Shown: in pieces, positions 1 to 10,258 of the stretch
How positions within the stretch are numbered: the first letter of the stretch is position 1
How the letters are laid out: every line of letters begins with the position of its first letter
The notes under the pieces: model-generated
The model's database searches: none
What the model was told of the DNA's origin: nothing
The model's input: only the letters and a program-made list of their open reading frames with translations
Source: an uncultured Actinomycetota bacterium
GTDB taxonomy: Bacteria; Actinomycetota; Actinomycetes; Streptosporangiales; Streptosporangiaceae
Assembly: GCA_963808215.1 (NCBI GenBank)
Contig: CAWEEY010000012.1
Coordinates: forward strand, 20,409 to 84,408
Direction: 5' to 3'
DNA length: 64,000 nt
Program-made: the position numbers and the translations under genes

Positions 1-1431
1 CCCCCCGACGCTGACCGGCACGCCGACAGCCGCACGGACGCCAAACTCGCGGGCGGCCTCGGCGAGCGGGCCCGAGGAGTCGTCGTAGTTGTCGATCCGC
101 TCAGGCCGCTGGGACTCGAACACCATTGTCTGCAGGTTCCGCCCGCCGAGGCTGGCCTCGGCGCCGACGGGGAAGGCAGCGCCGGCGCTGCTCCATGCCG
201 CAGCTACCGTCCCCGAGCTGTCAGGGCCGTACCGGTGCATCGTCGCGTAATCGGCGCGCACCAGCCGCCCGGCTTCCTCGGTGACCGCCGTGAGCACCTG
301 CGCGGGCGGCGCCGCCTCGGCTACCAGCGTCGCAACGCGCCGCAGCGCGGCCTGCTCCTCGGCGAACCCGCGCAGCTCCACCCGGGCCTGGGCGTTAGCG
401 ATCGCGGTCGCGGCCAGCTCGGTGAACCCGGCCAGCCGCGCTTCGGTGCCGGCGGCCAGCGGCTCCCGCGTGGACGCCACGAACATACAGCCCCACGGCC
501 GCCCCTCGACACTGACCGGCGCGCCGGCACCCGCGCGGAGGCCGATCCCGAGGGCGTTCTCGGCGCCTGGGCCTGAGGCGCCGGCGTAGTCGTCGATCCG
601 CGCCGCCCGGCCGGTCTGGACCACCAGCGTGTTCACGTTCCGCCCGCCGATGCTCCACCGGGTGCCGACGGGAATGGAAGCGCCGGTGCTGCTCCACGCG
701 GCAACCACCGTGACCGTGCCGTCGGGGCCGTACTGGTTCATCGTCGCGTAATCGGTGTGCAGCAGGCGCCCGGCTTCCTCGGTGACCGTGGCGAGCACCT
801 GCGCCGGCGGCGCAGCGCTGGCCACTAGCGTCGCCACCCGCCGCAGCGCCGCCTGCTCCTCGGCGAACCCGCGCAGTTCCACGCGGGCCTGGGCATTCGC
901 GATCGCGGTCGCGGCCAGCTCGGTGAACCCGGCCAGCCGCGCCTCGATGCCGACGGGCAGCGGCTCATCGCGAGATGCCACAAGCATGACGCCCCACAGC
1001 CCGCCCTCGACGCTGATAGGCACGCCGGCCCCCGCGCTGAACCCGAACTCGCGTACGGCTTCGGCGGCCGGGCCCGAGGCATGGGCGTAGTCGTCGATCC
1101 GCGCCGCCCGCCCCGTCTGGAACACCAGCGTGTTGACGTTGCGGCCGCCGATACTCCACCGGGTGCCGACGGGGAAGGAAGCGCCGGCGCTGCTCCACGC
1201 GGCAACCACCGTAATCGCGCCGTCCGGGTCATACCGCGCCATCGTTATGTAGTCAGCGCCCAGCAGCCGCCCGGCTTCCTCGGCGACCGCGGCGAACACC
1301 TCCGCCGGCGGCGCAGCGCTGGCCACCAGCGTCGCCACTCTCCGCAGCGCCGCCTGTTCCCCGGTGATCCGGTCATCGCCGGCTCGCCCCGGCAAGGCCG
1401 CCATCTCATGGAGTGTATCCGGGGCCGGCAT
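1..1431 (-). CDS. Multi-GAF-domain protein, N-terminal part (3' end runs off the window); at least three in-frame GAF repeats of about 167 aa
   Basis: The minus frame is open from position 1 up to the stop at 1441-1443. The first ATG is at 1431 (alternative 1404). The translation repeats EEAGRLL..DY.TM..YGPDG....AAWSS.GA..PVG.R...GGRNV...V.QTGRAARIDDY. The GGCTTCCTC landmark recurs at 279, 780 and 1281, a 501-bp period. The ORF track omits it because it is truncated by the window edge. Confidence 0.75.
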   Translation of the reverse strand, partial: MPAPDTLHEMAALPGRAGDDRITGEQAALRRVATLVASAAPPAEVFAAVAEEAGRLLGADYITMARYDPDGAITVVAAWSSAGASFPVGTRWSIGGRNVNTLVFQTGRAARIDDYAHASGPAAEAVREFGFSAGAGVPISVEGGLWGVMLVASRDEPLPVGIEARLAGFTELAATAIANAQARVELRGFAEEQAALRRVATLVASAAPPAQVLATVTEEAGRLLHTDYATMNQYGPDGTVTVVAAWSSTGASIPVGTRWSIGGRNVNTLVVQTGRAARIDDYAGASGPGAENALGIGLRAGAGAPVSVEGRPWGCMFVASTREPLAAGTEARLAGFTELAATAIANAQARVELRGFAEEQAALRRVATLVAEAAPPAQVLTAVTEEAGRLVRADYATMHRYGPDSSGTVAAAWSSAGAAFPVGAEASLGGRNLQTMVFESQRPERIDNYDDSSGPLAEAAREFGVRAAVGVPVSVGG

Positions 1432-1509
1432 TCTGCCTGGTCAGGCGCCCAGTTTGGTGATGTGGCAGGTCCAGGGGCGCCCGAACGTCGACGTGAAGTC
1501 GTCGTTCGG

Positions 1510-2000
1510 CTACAGCCCCTGGCCCGCGGGAACATCCAGTTTCGAATGGTCCCACGAGATGATCTTCACCGGCTCGACAATGTAGCCGAATCGCTTGCGC
1601 GCCGCGCTGGCCACGTAGTCCTTCACGGCGTCGTCAGCGGCCGCGGAGCTTGCCGCCGCGCCAGCCGCGCCAGCCCGGCGAGCGCGTTTCCCATCACCTG
1701 GCCAACGCCAAGACCGATCTGGTACACAGCGTCCGGATCCGTGATCGTTTCCACGGTGCCCTGGATCTGCACGCCGCGCAGGTCGAAGTACGCATCCCCG
1801 GTCTCCACCAGGCAGCTGATGCGGGGGTCGCGCGCCAGGTTCAGCGCCTTCTGCGAAGTCCGGTATGTCCAGAACGCGATCTTGCCGTTGACCAGGGTGT
1901 AGTACATGGTGACCAGGTGCGGGTAGCCGTCCGGGCTGATCGTCGCTAGCTGTACCTTGCGGCCGGCAGCGAGCATCTCCGCCACCTCGGCGTCGCTCAT
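1510..2000 (-). CDS. PPOX-class F420-dependent (pyridoxamine 5'-phosphate oxidase family) protein; reading frame broken near 1640-1690
   Basis: ORF 1623..2099 with internal start MSDAEVAEML at 2000. The family C-terminus (KRFGYIVEPVKIISWDHSKL) is encoded in another frame at 1510-1620. Confidence 0.7.
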
Positions 2001-2026
2001 CCGGACCCGGTCGCGCTGTTTAGGCA

Positions 2027-2984
2027 CTACTGGCCCCCGCTGGTCTGGCTGGCGCCAAAGCCGATCGTGTCGCTCGCCAGCGCCAGGGTGTCCTCGCACA
2101 GGAACCCCGCGCCTGACGGCCCGGTCTCAAATCCCGCCAGGGCCGCCGCGATCGCATCCGGCGTCCACATCCCGTCGGCTGATCCATAGTCTTTGGCCAG
2201 GAACGTGGTCTTCACGGCCGGCGGTGCCATCACGGCGGCGACGCCGCCGTGGACGACGAAGACCTCGCCGTTGATGTTCGCCGCGGCCGGGCTGCACAGG
2301 TAGGTCACCAGCGGTGCAACGTAGTCCGCGCTCAGCGGGTCTGGCCCCGACTCCGGCGCCGGCCCCATCAGGTCGCCGGTCATCGCCGTGCGGGCCCGCG
2401 GGCAGATCGCGTTGGCGCGCACTCCGTACCGGCCGCAGCTGCGCGCGATCGTCAGCGTCAGCGCGGTGATCCCGCCCTTGGCCGCCGCGTAGTTCGGCTG
2501 TCCGGCCGAGCCGAGCAGGAACGCCTCGGATGAGGTGTTGACGATCCGGGCGTAAACCGGACCTCCGGCTTGCTTGCTCTGCTCCCGCCAGTACGCGGTT
2601 GCGACCTGGCTGGTGAGGAAGTGCCCGCGCAGGTGAGTGCGCAGCACGAGGTCCCACTCCTCCGGCGACATCGAGAAGATCATGCGGTCGCGCAGCACGC
2701 CCGCGTTGTTGACCAGGATGTCCAGCTGCCCGAACTCGGCCAGCGCGGTCGCGAGCAGATCGCGGGCCGTGGACGACTCCCCGATGTCGCCGGCGCTGAC
2801 CACAGCGCTGCCCCCGGCCGCTGCTGATCTCGGCCGCGACACCCTCGATGGCGTCGCCTGGCAAATCGTTCAGCACCAGGCTCGCGCCGGCCGCGGCTAG
2901 CGCGCGTGCTTCAGCCCGGCCCAGCCCGTTCCCTGCTCCGGTCACGATCGCGACACGACCGTCCAGCCTTATCCCGTCCGTCAT
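2027..2984 (-). CDS. SDR family oxidoreductase, split over two frames (shift near 2815-2835)
   Basis: The N-terminal Rossmann motif IVTGAGNGLG is in ORF 2127..2984. NNAG, the catalytic Ser and YAAAK are in ORF 2027..2842. Confidence 0.8.
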
Positions 2985-3002
2985 CTGGTGTCTCCTTCCC
3001 CG

Positions 3003-3767
3003 TCAGTAACCCGGCCCGGACAGCATGCCGCCGTCGACCACGAACTCGCTGCCCGTGCAGTACGAGGACTCATCCGAGGCCAGGTAGACGACCAGCGGAG
3101 ACACCTCCGACGATTTTGCGAACCGGGAGATCGGCAGCGACCGCATGAAGCCTTCGCCGTCGCGGACATCGGTGAAGGACTCGAACGCCGTCGCCGTCAT
3201 GGTCGTCATGATGCCGCCCGGGTGCACGGAATTGACCCGGATTCCGAGCTTGCCGAGTTCCTGCGCGGCCGACCTGGTGACGCCGCGGATGCCGAATTTG
3301 CTCGCGCTGTAGGCAGACATGCCCGCCGCGCCGGTGAACCCCTCGACGGACGAGATGTTGATGATCGAGCCGCCGCCGGCAGCGGTCATCGGCTCGATTA
3401 CGTTCTTGACGCCGAGCCATTCGCCAATCAGGTTCACGTCGATGACCTCGCGGAACTCCGCGAGTGTCATGTCAGCGATCTTCTTGTTGCGCAGGATGCC
3501 AGCGTTATTGACCAGCACGTTCAGCTTGCCGAAGGCGCCCGTGGCAGCAGCCACCGCTGCTGCCCAGTCCGTTTCGCTGGTCACGTCGTGGTGAACGTAG
3601 CGGCAGCTGTCCTCGCCGAGCTCAGCGGCCAGTTCCTTGCCCTTGTCATCGAGCACGTCGCCGAGCACCACTTTCGCGCCCTCGGCGACGAAGTGACGCG
3701 CGTGCGACTTGCCCATTCCCCTGGCGCCGCCGGTGATCAGCGCCACCTTCCCGTCGAGACGCGCCAT
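3003..3767 (-). CDS. SDR family oxidoreductase, 3-alpha(or 20-beta)-hydroxysteroid dehydrogenase-like
   Basis: Start MARLDGKVALITGGARGMG at 3767, preceded by GGAGAGG. Motifs NNAG and YSASK are present. The frame is intact. Confidence 0.9.
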   Translation of the reverse strand: MARLDGKVALITGGARGMGKSHARHFVAEGAKVVLGDVLDDKGKELAAELGEDSCRYVHHDVTSETDWAAAVAAATGAFGKLNVLVNNAGILRNKKIADMTLAEFREVIDVNLIGEWLGVKNVIEPMTAAGGGSIINISSVEGFTGAAGMSAYSASKFGIRGVTRSAAQELGKLGIRVNSVHPGGIMTTMTATAFESFTDVRDGEGFMRSLPISRFAKSSEVSPLVVYLASDESSYCTGSEFVVDGGMLSGPGY

Positions 3768-3864
3768 CGTCACCTCTCCGATCCCTGTCCGTGCGGGCGG
3801 TTGCGGCCTCGCCCGGTCGCCTGGGGAGGCGACGCGCCAGGATGCCAGCATGCCGTCGGTGTTG

Positions 3865-3878
3865 ACCAAGCGCTTGCT
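3865..3878. promoter_or_regulatory. KstR2-type operator ACCAAGCGCTTGCT, upstream of the SDR operon
   Basis: Exact match to the published mycobacterial KstR2 consensus ANCAAGNNCTTGNT. It lies about 100 nt upstream of the SDR start at 3767. A second inverted repeat, CTTGG-TGA-CCAAG, follows directly. Confidence 0.6.
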
Positions 3879-3996
3879 TGGTGACCAAGGCTAACAGGGC
3901 GGCCAGATCCTGCGAAGGGGTCGGGATGCCGACGGCCGTGCTGGCACGACCGAGACACGCCGGTCCCGCCGCCCCGCACCGCGAGGGCCAGGCTTC

Positions 3997-4867
3997 TCAG
4001 GCCGTAGCGAGTATCCCGCCTTGCAGCGAGGGAGCCTGGGTGGCGTGCGGGATAGCGATGTCGATGGGTTGGTCGAACCGAGTTGATGGTCTCGGTGAGC
4101 GTGATCCTCGCATTGAACGTCCGCTCGGCCACGCGGTACTGCTTCAGCTGACCGCCCGGCCCGATCCAGAGCACGTAGTGGATGTCGCCCACGATGAGGC
4201 TGGCGAGCGGAGCTACGCAGAGCGCGCAGCTTGCTGGGCAGCAGGGAGAGCGCGACCGCCGGCGCGACGGACACGACGTACCTGGAGGTCAGACGCCGTC
4301 CACTGACTGCTGGCCGGCGAGGCGTGAGTGACCAGCGGCCAAGATCAGCCTGGCCTGCGCCGTCGGATCGGCGTTTCGCAACTCCGGCACCAGCGTCGTC
4401 CGGTAGACCCGCGGCAACGGCACCCTGATCCAGGTCCCAGGTTCGCTCCCCGACTCCACGTAGATGGCCTTGCCGGTCACGATCGCCGATAGCTGCACCG
4501 TCTGGCCACTGGCCGTAATAGTGAGCTGCTCGGCTATGCGCAACGGGGTCCGCTGCATCTGCACTTGACCAGTCAGTGTCACCCTCATCGGACCGTTGAC
4601 GTGCTCGCGGAACGAAGCCGACATGGTGCGAGCATTTGCCGTTTGCCGTTCGGCCTGGGTGACATCGAGCTCCGGCGGTGGCGGGGTAGCAGTCCGACTC
4701 GCGGACGGCGTAGTGGCTGGCGCGGTCTGCGGCGGTCCCGCCAGCACCCGATTGGACGGCATCTCAACCAGCGAGCAGCCTGCAGTCAGTGTGGCAAGGA
4801 CTACCACGCTCACGACGGGTGGCGCGCAACTGCGCAGCAGCCGAACTAAGGCGTTACCCATCCCCAT
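3997..4867 (-). pseudogene. Putative lipoprotein, frame-disrupted (at least 3 frame changes downstream of 4289)
   Basis: ORF 4289..4903 carries a signal peptide and lipobox (LATLTAGC). Protein-like sequence continues in the other frames (VSVAPAVALSLLPSKLRAL / GDIHYVLWIGPGGQLKQYRVAERTFNARITLTETIN / FDQPIDIAIPHATQ) down to the stop at 3997-3999. Confidence 0.5.
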
Positions 4868-4950
4868 CCCCCACCACCAGGCAAGATCCGCCGATAGCGG
4901 CAACGGTAGCCGATGGCGCCAGCCGCGGGCGGATGTTATGACAAGTGGCT

Positions 4951-5613
4951 CTATCGCGTCTTTACCCGGCTCGGAGCCGGGCTGGCGATACCGTCGAACA
5001 GCAACCGCAGCAACGCGTCCACAACCTGATCCGTGCTGAAGCCGGCCGCCTCTCGCCAGTTCATCGGCAGCCAGAGAATGTCTCGCAGCAGCCGGTACGT
5101 GAGCTTGACGTCCAGGTCTTGCCGGAAGACACCAGCCTGCTTGCCCCGCTCCAGCTGGCCAATCCAGATCCGCTCGATCTCGCGCAGGTCCTTGCGCAGG
5201 TAAGCGAACCGGGGCTGGGCGGCGAAGTACGACCAGTCGTTCTGCAGCATCGTCAGGGCAGCGTGATGACGCGCCAGCGTATGGCTGCTCGACCGCACAA
5301 TGCGCGCAAGTACCTCGGCCGGGTCGCCTCCGGCGCTGGCCGCCGTGCGGTAATCGGCGAGCACATCGTTCAGGAAGCCGGACAAGATCTCGTCGCCGAT
5401 CGACTCCTTCGAGTCGAAGTGGTGGTAGATACTCCCGGACAGGATTCCGGCCGCCTCGGCGATCTCACGGACGGTTGTCGCCCGGAAGCCCTTCTGCGCG
5501 AAGAGCTCCCCGGCGAGCCTGATCATGTCCGCTCGCCGCTGCGACCGCACTCCGCCATTGCCAGCCGGCCCGGTGGCCCGTTCTCCGGACTGGCTCTTGC
5601 GGGTCGTGCTCAT
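4951..5613 (-). CDS. kstR2: TetR family transcriptional repressor, KstR2-like
   Basis: Start MSTTRKS at 5613. GFRATTVREIAEAAGILSGSIYHHFDSKE and QPRFAYL...FRQDLDVKLTYRLLRD closely resemble M. tuberculosis KstR2 (recalled from memory). A cognate operator lies upstream. Confidence 0.8.
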   Translation of the reverse strand: MSTTRKSQSGERATGPAGNGGVRSQRRADMIRLAGELFAQKGFRATTVREIAEAAGILSGSIYHHFDSKESIGDEILSGFLNDVLADYRTAASAGGDPAEVLARIVRSSSHTLARHHAALTMLQNDWSYFAAQPRFAYLRKDLREIERIWIGQLERGKQAGVFRQDLDVKLTYRLLRDILWLPMNWREAAGFSTDQVVDALLRLLFDGIASPAPSRVKTR

Positions 5614-5644
5614 CGCGTCATTATGGCTGGTGAACCGCCAGCCT

Positions 5645-5658
5645 CCCAAGCGCTTGCT
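5645..5658. promoter_or_regulatory. KstR2-type operator CCCAAGCGCTTGCT, upstream of the kstR2-like gene (probable autoregulation)
   Basis: The CAAGCGCTTG palindrome core lies 32-45 nt upstream of the start at 5613. The 15-nt string CCAAGCGCTTGCTTG is identical to the one at 3866-3880. Confidence 0.6.
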
Positions 5659-5676
5659 TGTTTAAGCCCGCGAGCG

Positions 5677-6420
5677 CTAGCTGCTTGCCGGATAGCTCGC
5701 CGCCAGGGCCGCGCCCGCCTGATCGGCCAGGGCGACGGCGACCAGCAACTGCTCGCGGCTCGGCCGCGCGGCCGGGTCTGCCTGCATCAGGAACCGGCCT
5801 TGCAGCCTTCCGCCGCTCTCGACCAGCAATTCCGTCCCGGCGCCGGCCGGCAACCCGTCTGCCTGGACGTCATATGGCCGGCCATCGACGATCACCTGAC
5901 CATCGTGCTCCAGCCGGCCTGGCCTGCCGAGACCCGCGACGCCGTACTGGAACTCGCACGAGCGCAGCAAGAGAAGCTGCGTCAGCGACGCGGCGATCCG
6001 GGCGATGAGCGCAGACGGTGAATCACCGGTCGCGACCGCCCTGGCGGCGTCGTTGATGCCGTCCAGGTAGCCGGCACGGCGGCTTGCCACCGCGTGCTGG
6101 CGCCGACCCCAGACCGCGATCTCAGTGACCGCGGCCCCGATGACCAGCAGCAGCACGGTGGTCTCGATGTCGGCTGCGCGGGTAATGGCGAACTGCTCGT
6201 ATGGCCGCGTCAGGAAGAAGTCGAACCAGGCGGCCGCCGACACCGCAGCGACATATCCGGCCAGCCGGTTACCGGCCGCGGCCACTGCCACGACAATCAG
6301 GATCATCGCCAGTGCCGCACCGGTATCGGCAAAGCTGGCACGGAACGGCACGAGGATCGCCGCGAGCGCGAGGGGCGCCACCAGCCCTGCAGCCACGGCC
6401 AGGCGATCACGGCTCAGCAT
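5677..6420 (-). CDS. DUF4118-type membrane protein (KdpD-like sensor transmembrane domain)
   Basis: Start MLSRDRL at 6420. Four hydrophobic helices are followed by a soluble C-terminal domain. Confidence 0.65.
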   Translation of the reverse strand: MLSRDRLAVAAGLVAPLALAAILVPFRASFADTGAALAMILIVVAVAAAGNRLAGYVAAVSAAAWFDFFLTRPYEQFAITRAADIETTVLLLVIGAAVTEIAVWGRRQHAVASRRAGYLDGINDAARAVATGDSPSALIARIAASLTQLLLLRSCEFQYGVAGLGRPGRLEHDGQVIVDGRPYDVQADGLPAGAGTELLVESGGRLQGRFLMQADPAARPSREQLLVAVALADQAGAALAASYPASS

Positions 6421-6619
6421 CGCAGCTCCTCCCGGGGCCCTGGGCACGTCTTCCGGGCCATGGGCATATCAGAAGCGGGGTCGGCCACGGAGGCCTCAGT
6501 GCCAGGGTATTCCGGGCTGCGCGCGATCGGGATCGCCTGGCCGCCAGCTCATGCAGAACCCATGCACAGTCCAGACCCTGACCCATGCACGGGCCAGACC
6601 CTGGCGGGCCAGCGCAGCG

Positions 6620-7819
6620 TCAGCCGGCTGCTGGCGGATGGTCCGGCCGGCCGCGTACCAGCGCGGTCAGCAGGTGACGCGCCGGACCGACGCCGATGAG
6701 GGTCGCCAGGCAGATGGCGGCGAGCAGCGCGTATGGCACGAAATCGGTTGTGGCCTGTGCAATCGCCCCACCCCCTGCCGCCGCTATGGCCTGGCCGCTA
6801 GCCCAGGCCAGGTTGCCCAGGCCGAATGCCAGGCCCTGATTGAGCTTGAGCTGGTCGGCACCACCGCTGAGCAGGGTCATTGCGGGCGTGAAGACCGTTC
6901 CGTAGGCCGGCATGCCGACGATCAGCAGAGCAATGAGCAGCGCCGCTGGCGTCAGCACCGGCGCCAGCAGGCTGACGATGACCGCCGCCGTCAGCGATAT
7001 CCGAATTGGCATCAGCGGGCCCCGGCGGTCGGCAAGCCGGCCGCTGAGCGGTGCCAGGCCGGTCTCGATCGCGGCCGAGGCGAGGAACGTGAACCCGATC
7101 AGCGGCGCACTGACGCCGAGCCCCCCGAGGCGCAGCGGTGCCAGCACGTCGATGACGCCGAACGCCAGGCCCGCCAGCATGGTCAGCCACATGCCTGCGC
7201 TAACGTTCACGTTCCGCAAGGCGGGCCAGGCAGCCCGCAGGCCCTGCGGCTCGCGCTCACGCGGGCTTGCCACTGCGAACGAGGCAATCATGAGCAGGCC
7301 GCCGGCCACCGCAGCGGCGGAGAAAGCCGGACCGGTCCCGACGCGGCTAGCGACCGCGCCGACGACCGGGCCCAGCAGCGCGCCACCCACGGCTGCGCCC
7401 ATGGCGGCGCCTATCAGCTCGCCGCGACGGGCGGGCGGAGCGGCGGTGGCCAGCCACGCCATCCCCGCCGCCCACGTGCAGGCACCGCCGAGCCCCTGGA
7501 CGAAGCGGGCAGCATCCAGGATGGCCGGTGCCGACGCCCAGCCGAAAACGAAGGTGGAGGCGATCATCAGCAGCAGGCCGAGCAACACCACCGCGCGGTC
7601 GCCGATACGGGCCACCAGGACGCCGCCCGGAAGCGCACCGACAAGCGTGCCGAGCGGATAGGCGGCTACCAGGATGCCTGCCCCGGCTTTCGTCAGCCCG
7701 TCGACGCGCGCGTAGTGCGGCAGCAGGGGCGTCAGCGCGGTGAAGAAGATCGTGTCCACCAGGACCAGGGCGCAGACGAACAGCAACAGCGCCCGGAGCC
7801 GGGCCGGCAACTTCGGCAT
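6620..7819 (-). CDS. MFS transporter
   Basis: Start MPKLPARL at 7819, in frame within ORF 6620..8368. About 12 TM helices with typical MFS loop motifs. The upstream 180 codons of the ORF are Ala/Pro-rich and non-coding-like. Confidence 0.85.
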   Translation of the reverse strand: MPKLPARLRALLLFVCALVLVDTIFFTALTPLLPHYARVDGLTKAGAGILVAAYPLGTLVGALPGGVLVARIGDRAVVLLGLLLMIASTFVFGWASAPAILDAARFVQGLGGACTWAAGMAWLATAAPPARRGELIGAAMGAAVGGALLGPVVGAVASRVGTGPAFSAAAVAGGLLMIASFAVASPREREPQGLRAAWPALRNVNVSAGMWLTMLAGLAFGVIDVLAPLRLGGLGVSAPLIGFTFLASAAIETGLAPLSGRLADRRGPLMPIRISLTAAVIVSLLAPVLTPAALLIALLIVGMPAYGTVFTPAMTLLSGGADQLKLNQGLAFGLGNLAWASGQAIAAAGGGAIAQATTDFVPYALLAAICLATLIGVGPARHLLTALVRGRPDHPPAAG

Positions 7820-7937
7820 CCCGCCGAGGCTATCGCAAGGCTCGCAGCCAGCGGATCGCGCAAATCCCTGAGCAGGGCGGGAACCGCGCACTGGGTCCGG
7901 TCGTCCAACCCACGCAGGCTTAGGAAGTGAGGGCAGC

Positions 7938-8639
7938 ATGCAGGGACAAGGGCTTGGCCCGCTGGCAACCGTAGTGGCGGGGCTCATGCTGACAGCAGCA
8001 CTGGCGGCGTGCGGATCGGCCGCGGCGCCTCCGTCGGCAGCCGCCGGGTCGGTCAGCCAGGCTGCCGGGGCCGGCTCCGGGTACGGCTCCTTGCCCAGCC
8101 GCCAGGCGGCCACGACCGCTACCCAGGCACGGATACTCGCGGCGGCAAGGCGGGTAAAGTGCCCGGCCGACGGTAATGGCGTGATCAGCGCTCCGGGCCG
8201 TGGCCAGCCGGCCGAGCCGATCCCGGCCGGTTTCAGGCCAGTCGCCGTTGTCGAATGCGTCAGGGTCCCTGTGATGGTGCCTATCGCCGGAACCCCGATC
8301 GTGGAGCTGCGCCGCGTGGCTGTCGCTGGCCTCGGCCGGCTGCTAGCGGCGCTCCGCCTGCCGTCCACACCGCGATCGCGGGGTCTCGTCCCGGCCTGCC
8401 TGATGCCGGTCGCAGCTCTGCCGTCGATCGTGCTTATCAGCGCCGCTGATCAGCTCGTTCGGCCCCGGGTTCCGATCGGTCTTTGCGGGGAACCGATCGT
8501 GCCGGTGCTGGCCAGCCTCGCCTCGCTGCACTGGCGGACGCTCAGCGCCACGAAGGGAGTCTCGGTTGGCCCTCACCTGCGGGTGCAGGGCAGCCCTTTC
8601 CCGAACATGACGCCAGCGATCAGCGGTCCCCAGTCGTAG
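7938..8639 (+). CDS. Putative lipoprotein
   Basis: Signal peptide plus lipobox ([10 protein letters not shown]). Divergent from the MFS gene. Confidence 0.6.
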   Translation: MQGQGLGPLATVVAGLMLTAALAACGSAAAPPSAAAGSVSQAAGAGSGYGSLPSRQAATTATQARILAAARRVKCPADGNGVISAPGRGQPAEPIPAGFRPVAVVECVRVPVMVPIAGTPIVELRRVAVAGLGRLLAALRLPSTPRSRGLVPACLMPVAALPSIVLISAADQLVRPRVPIGLCGEPIVPVLASLASLHWRTLSATKGVSVGPHLRVQGSPFPNMTPAISGPQS

Positions 8640-9205
8640 CTGGCACCGCCGTAGCAGGCACGTAGGTAAGCAGGACGACACCGGTGCTGAACGTCCGGGT
8701 GCCGGTGAGGGCCAGGCTGGTCTCCGGGACATCAGCGAACAGTTGCTGACCAGGGCCGTGCGTAACCGGCACTATCCAGATCCGGAACTCATCGACCAGC
8801 CCTTTCGAAACTAGAGTCCGGTCCAGCGGCCCCGTTCCGTACTTAAGAAGGTAGTTACCCGGCTGATCCTTGAGCTCGGCTACCTGCCGCGGCCACGTCG
8901 CCGGATAGCAGCGTCGCGTTCCAGCCGAGCTCGGTGAGGGTGGTCGAGGCGACGTACTTGGGAATGGCGTTCATCGCCGCGACGAAGCCGGCCATCGGGC
9001 CGGGCTCGCCCTCCGCCATCGCGATGTAGGCAGCCGACAGACCCTGGTATGTCTTGCGGCCGAGCAGCAGCGCATCAGCGCCGAAGAGCAGCTCACGAGA
9101 GTATTCGCCCGGCTCGGGACCGAACAGGTAGCGCGGCCCCCAGTCCTGCGGGGCCCCGATGTCCCCGCCGAGCGTGACGAACGTCGACTCGATCAGCTTG
9201 CGCAC
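8620..9205 (-). CDS. Dihydrofolate reductase family protein (RibD C-terminal domain), frame broken near 8880
   Basis: ORF 8855..9205 (MRKLIESTFVTLGGDIG...LLLGRKTYQG). It continues in another frame as AELKDQPGNYLLKYGTGPLDRTLVSKGLVDEFRIWIVPV...VVLLTYVPA, ending at the stop at 8620-8622. Confidence 0.75.
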
Positions 9206-9217
9206 CGCTCTCCCTCA

Positions 9218-9772
9218 CTAGTTGCGGACCCTGTACCGCAGGATCGTGACCGAGCCCGCGAGGCGACTGCTGATCGGCTCAAGTTCGACGCGAGCCAGCT
9301 CGCCCGGCGAGTACAGCGGCGTACCGTCACCGAGCAGGACCGGCAGGACCATCAGCAGGAGCTCATCGACCAGGCCATGCTGCAGGCACTGGCGGACTAC
9401 GTCGGCTCCGATGATCACCAGGTCCTTAGCCCCGGCAGCCTCGCGAGCCGTTGCGACTGCTGCCTCGATGTCGCCGGACAGGAACGTGACGCGCGCGGGC
9501 GACGCGGCCGGGGGCGGCTCATGGGTGAGCACGAAGACCGGCCCGTCCCATGCGCCGCCGTAGGCCTCGCCGCTCGGCTTGCCGGCGTCCCGCTGACCAA
9601 CGTCGTAGCTGCGGCGGCCAGACAACATCGCCCCGGTGGCCGCGACGATGTCCGGGAACTCATCCGGGGTCGTGTACTCGAATACCCAGTCCATGTCGTG
9701 ATCGGGCCCGGCGATGAAGCCGTCGAGTGACATTGCCGCCTGAACCACAACGCGGCCAGCTGCCGTAGTCAT
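9218..9772 (-). CDS. Dihydrofolate reductase family protein (RibD C-terminal domain)
   Basis: Intact 184-aa ORF. AMSLDGFIAGPDHDMDW...GRRSYD...LVDELLLMVLPVLLGDG is typical of the family. Confidence 0.85.
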   Translation of the reverse strand: MTTAAGRVVVQAAMSLDGFIAGPDHDMDWVFEYTTPDEFPDIVAATGAMLSGRRSYDVGQRDAGKPSGEAYGGAWDGPVFVLTHEPPPAASPARVTFLSGDIEAAVATAREAAGAKDLVIIGADVVRQCLQHGLVDELLLMVLPVLLGDGTPLYSPGELARVELEPISSRLAGSVTILRYRVRN

Positions 9773-9790
9773 CGTCTGCTGCCCCGCTTC

Positions 9791-10258
9791 TTACAGCGAC
9801 TTGCGCAGCAGCGAGTCCAGCTTGGTGAACGAGCTCTCCCAGCCCGCCTTACTGTCCGCGCCGAGCGCCTCAGTGAACGGGCCCTGGCGCAGCTCGAGCC
9901 TGGTCTTGCCGCCGGGCTCGGCGTGGAACTCCAGCCGCAGCCTGAACCGCATGCTGCCGGTGGTGCCGGGGATGCCCTCGACGTCTTGGTGCCCCACGAG
10001 CAGTTCGTTCTCGACGACCTCCGTGAGGGTGGCGTCGATGGGGCTGCGGACGGTCGGGTCGTCATCGCTGACCATCACAAGGCGCTGGTAACCGCCAGGC
10101 CTCGCGTCGATCTGGACACTCTCATAGGGCACTGAGAAGCCCACCGGGCCGAACCACTGACCCAGCTGATCGGGGTCAACGAAGGCCCGGTAGACCAGCT
10201 CAGGCGGGGCATCGAAGATGCGGGTCAGGCGGATCTCGTGAGTGGCTTCCTTGGTCAT
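9791..10258 (-). CDS. SRPBCC / AHSA1 (activator of Hsp90 ATPase homolog 1-like) domain protein
   Basis: Intact 155-aa ORF (RIFDAPPELVYRAFVDPDQLGQWFGP). Its start overlaps the arsR-family stop by 4 nt. Confidence 0.85.
   Translation of the reverse strand: MTKEATHEIRLTRIFDAPPELVYRAFVDPDQLGQWFGPVGFSVPYESVQIDARPGGYQRLVMVSDDDPTVRSPIDATLTEVVENELLVGHQDVEGIPGTTGSMRFRLRLEFHAEPGGKTRLELRQGPFTEALGADSKAGWESSFTKLDSLLRKSL

Noticed and set aside
6125-7930. 601-aa ORF on the plus strand
   Set aside because: It is antisense to the well-supported MFS transporter gene (6620..7819). The translation is Arg/Ala/Gly/Pro-rich low complexity with no motifs. This is a typical shadow ORF in high-GC DNA.
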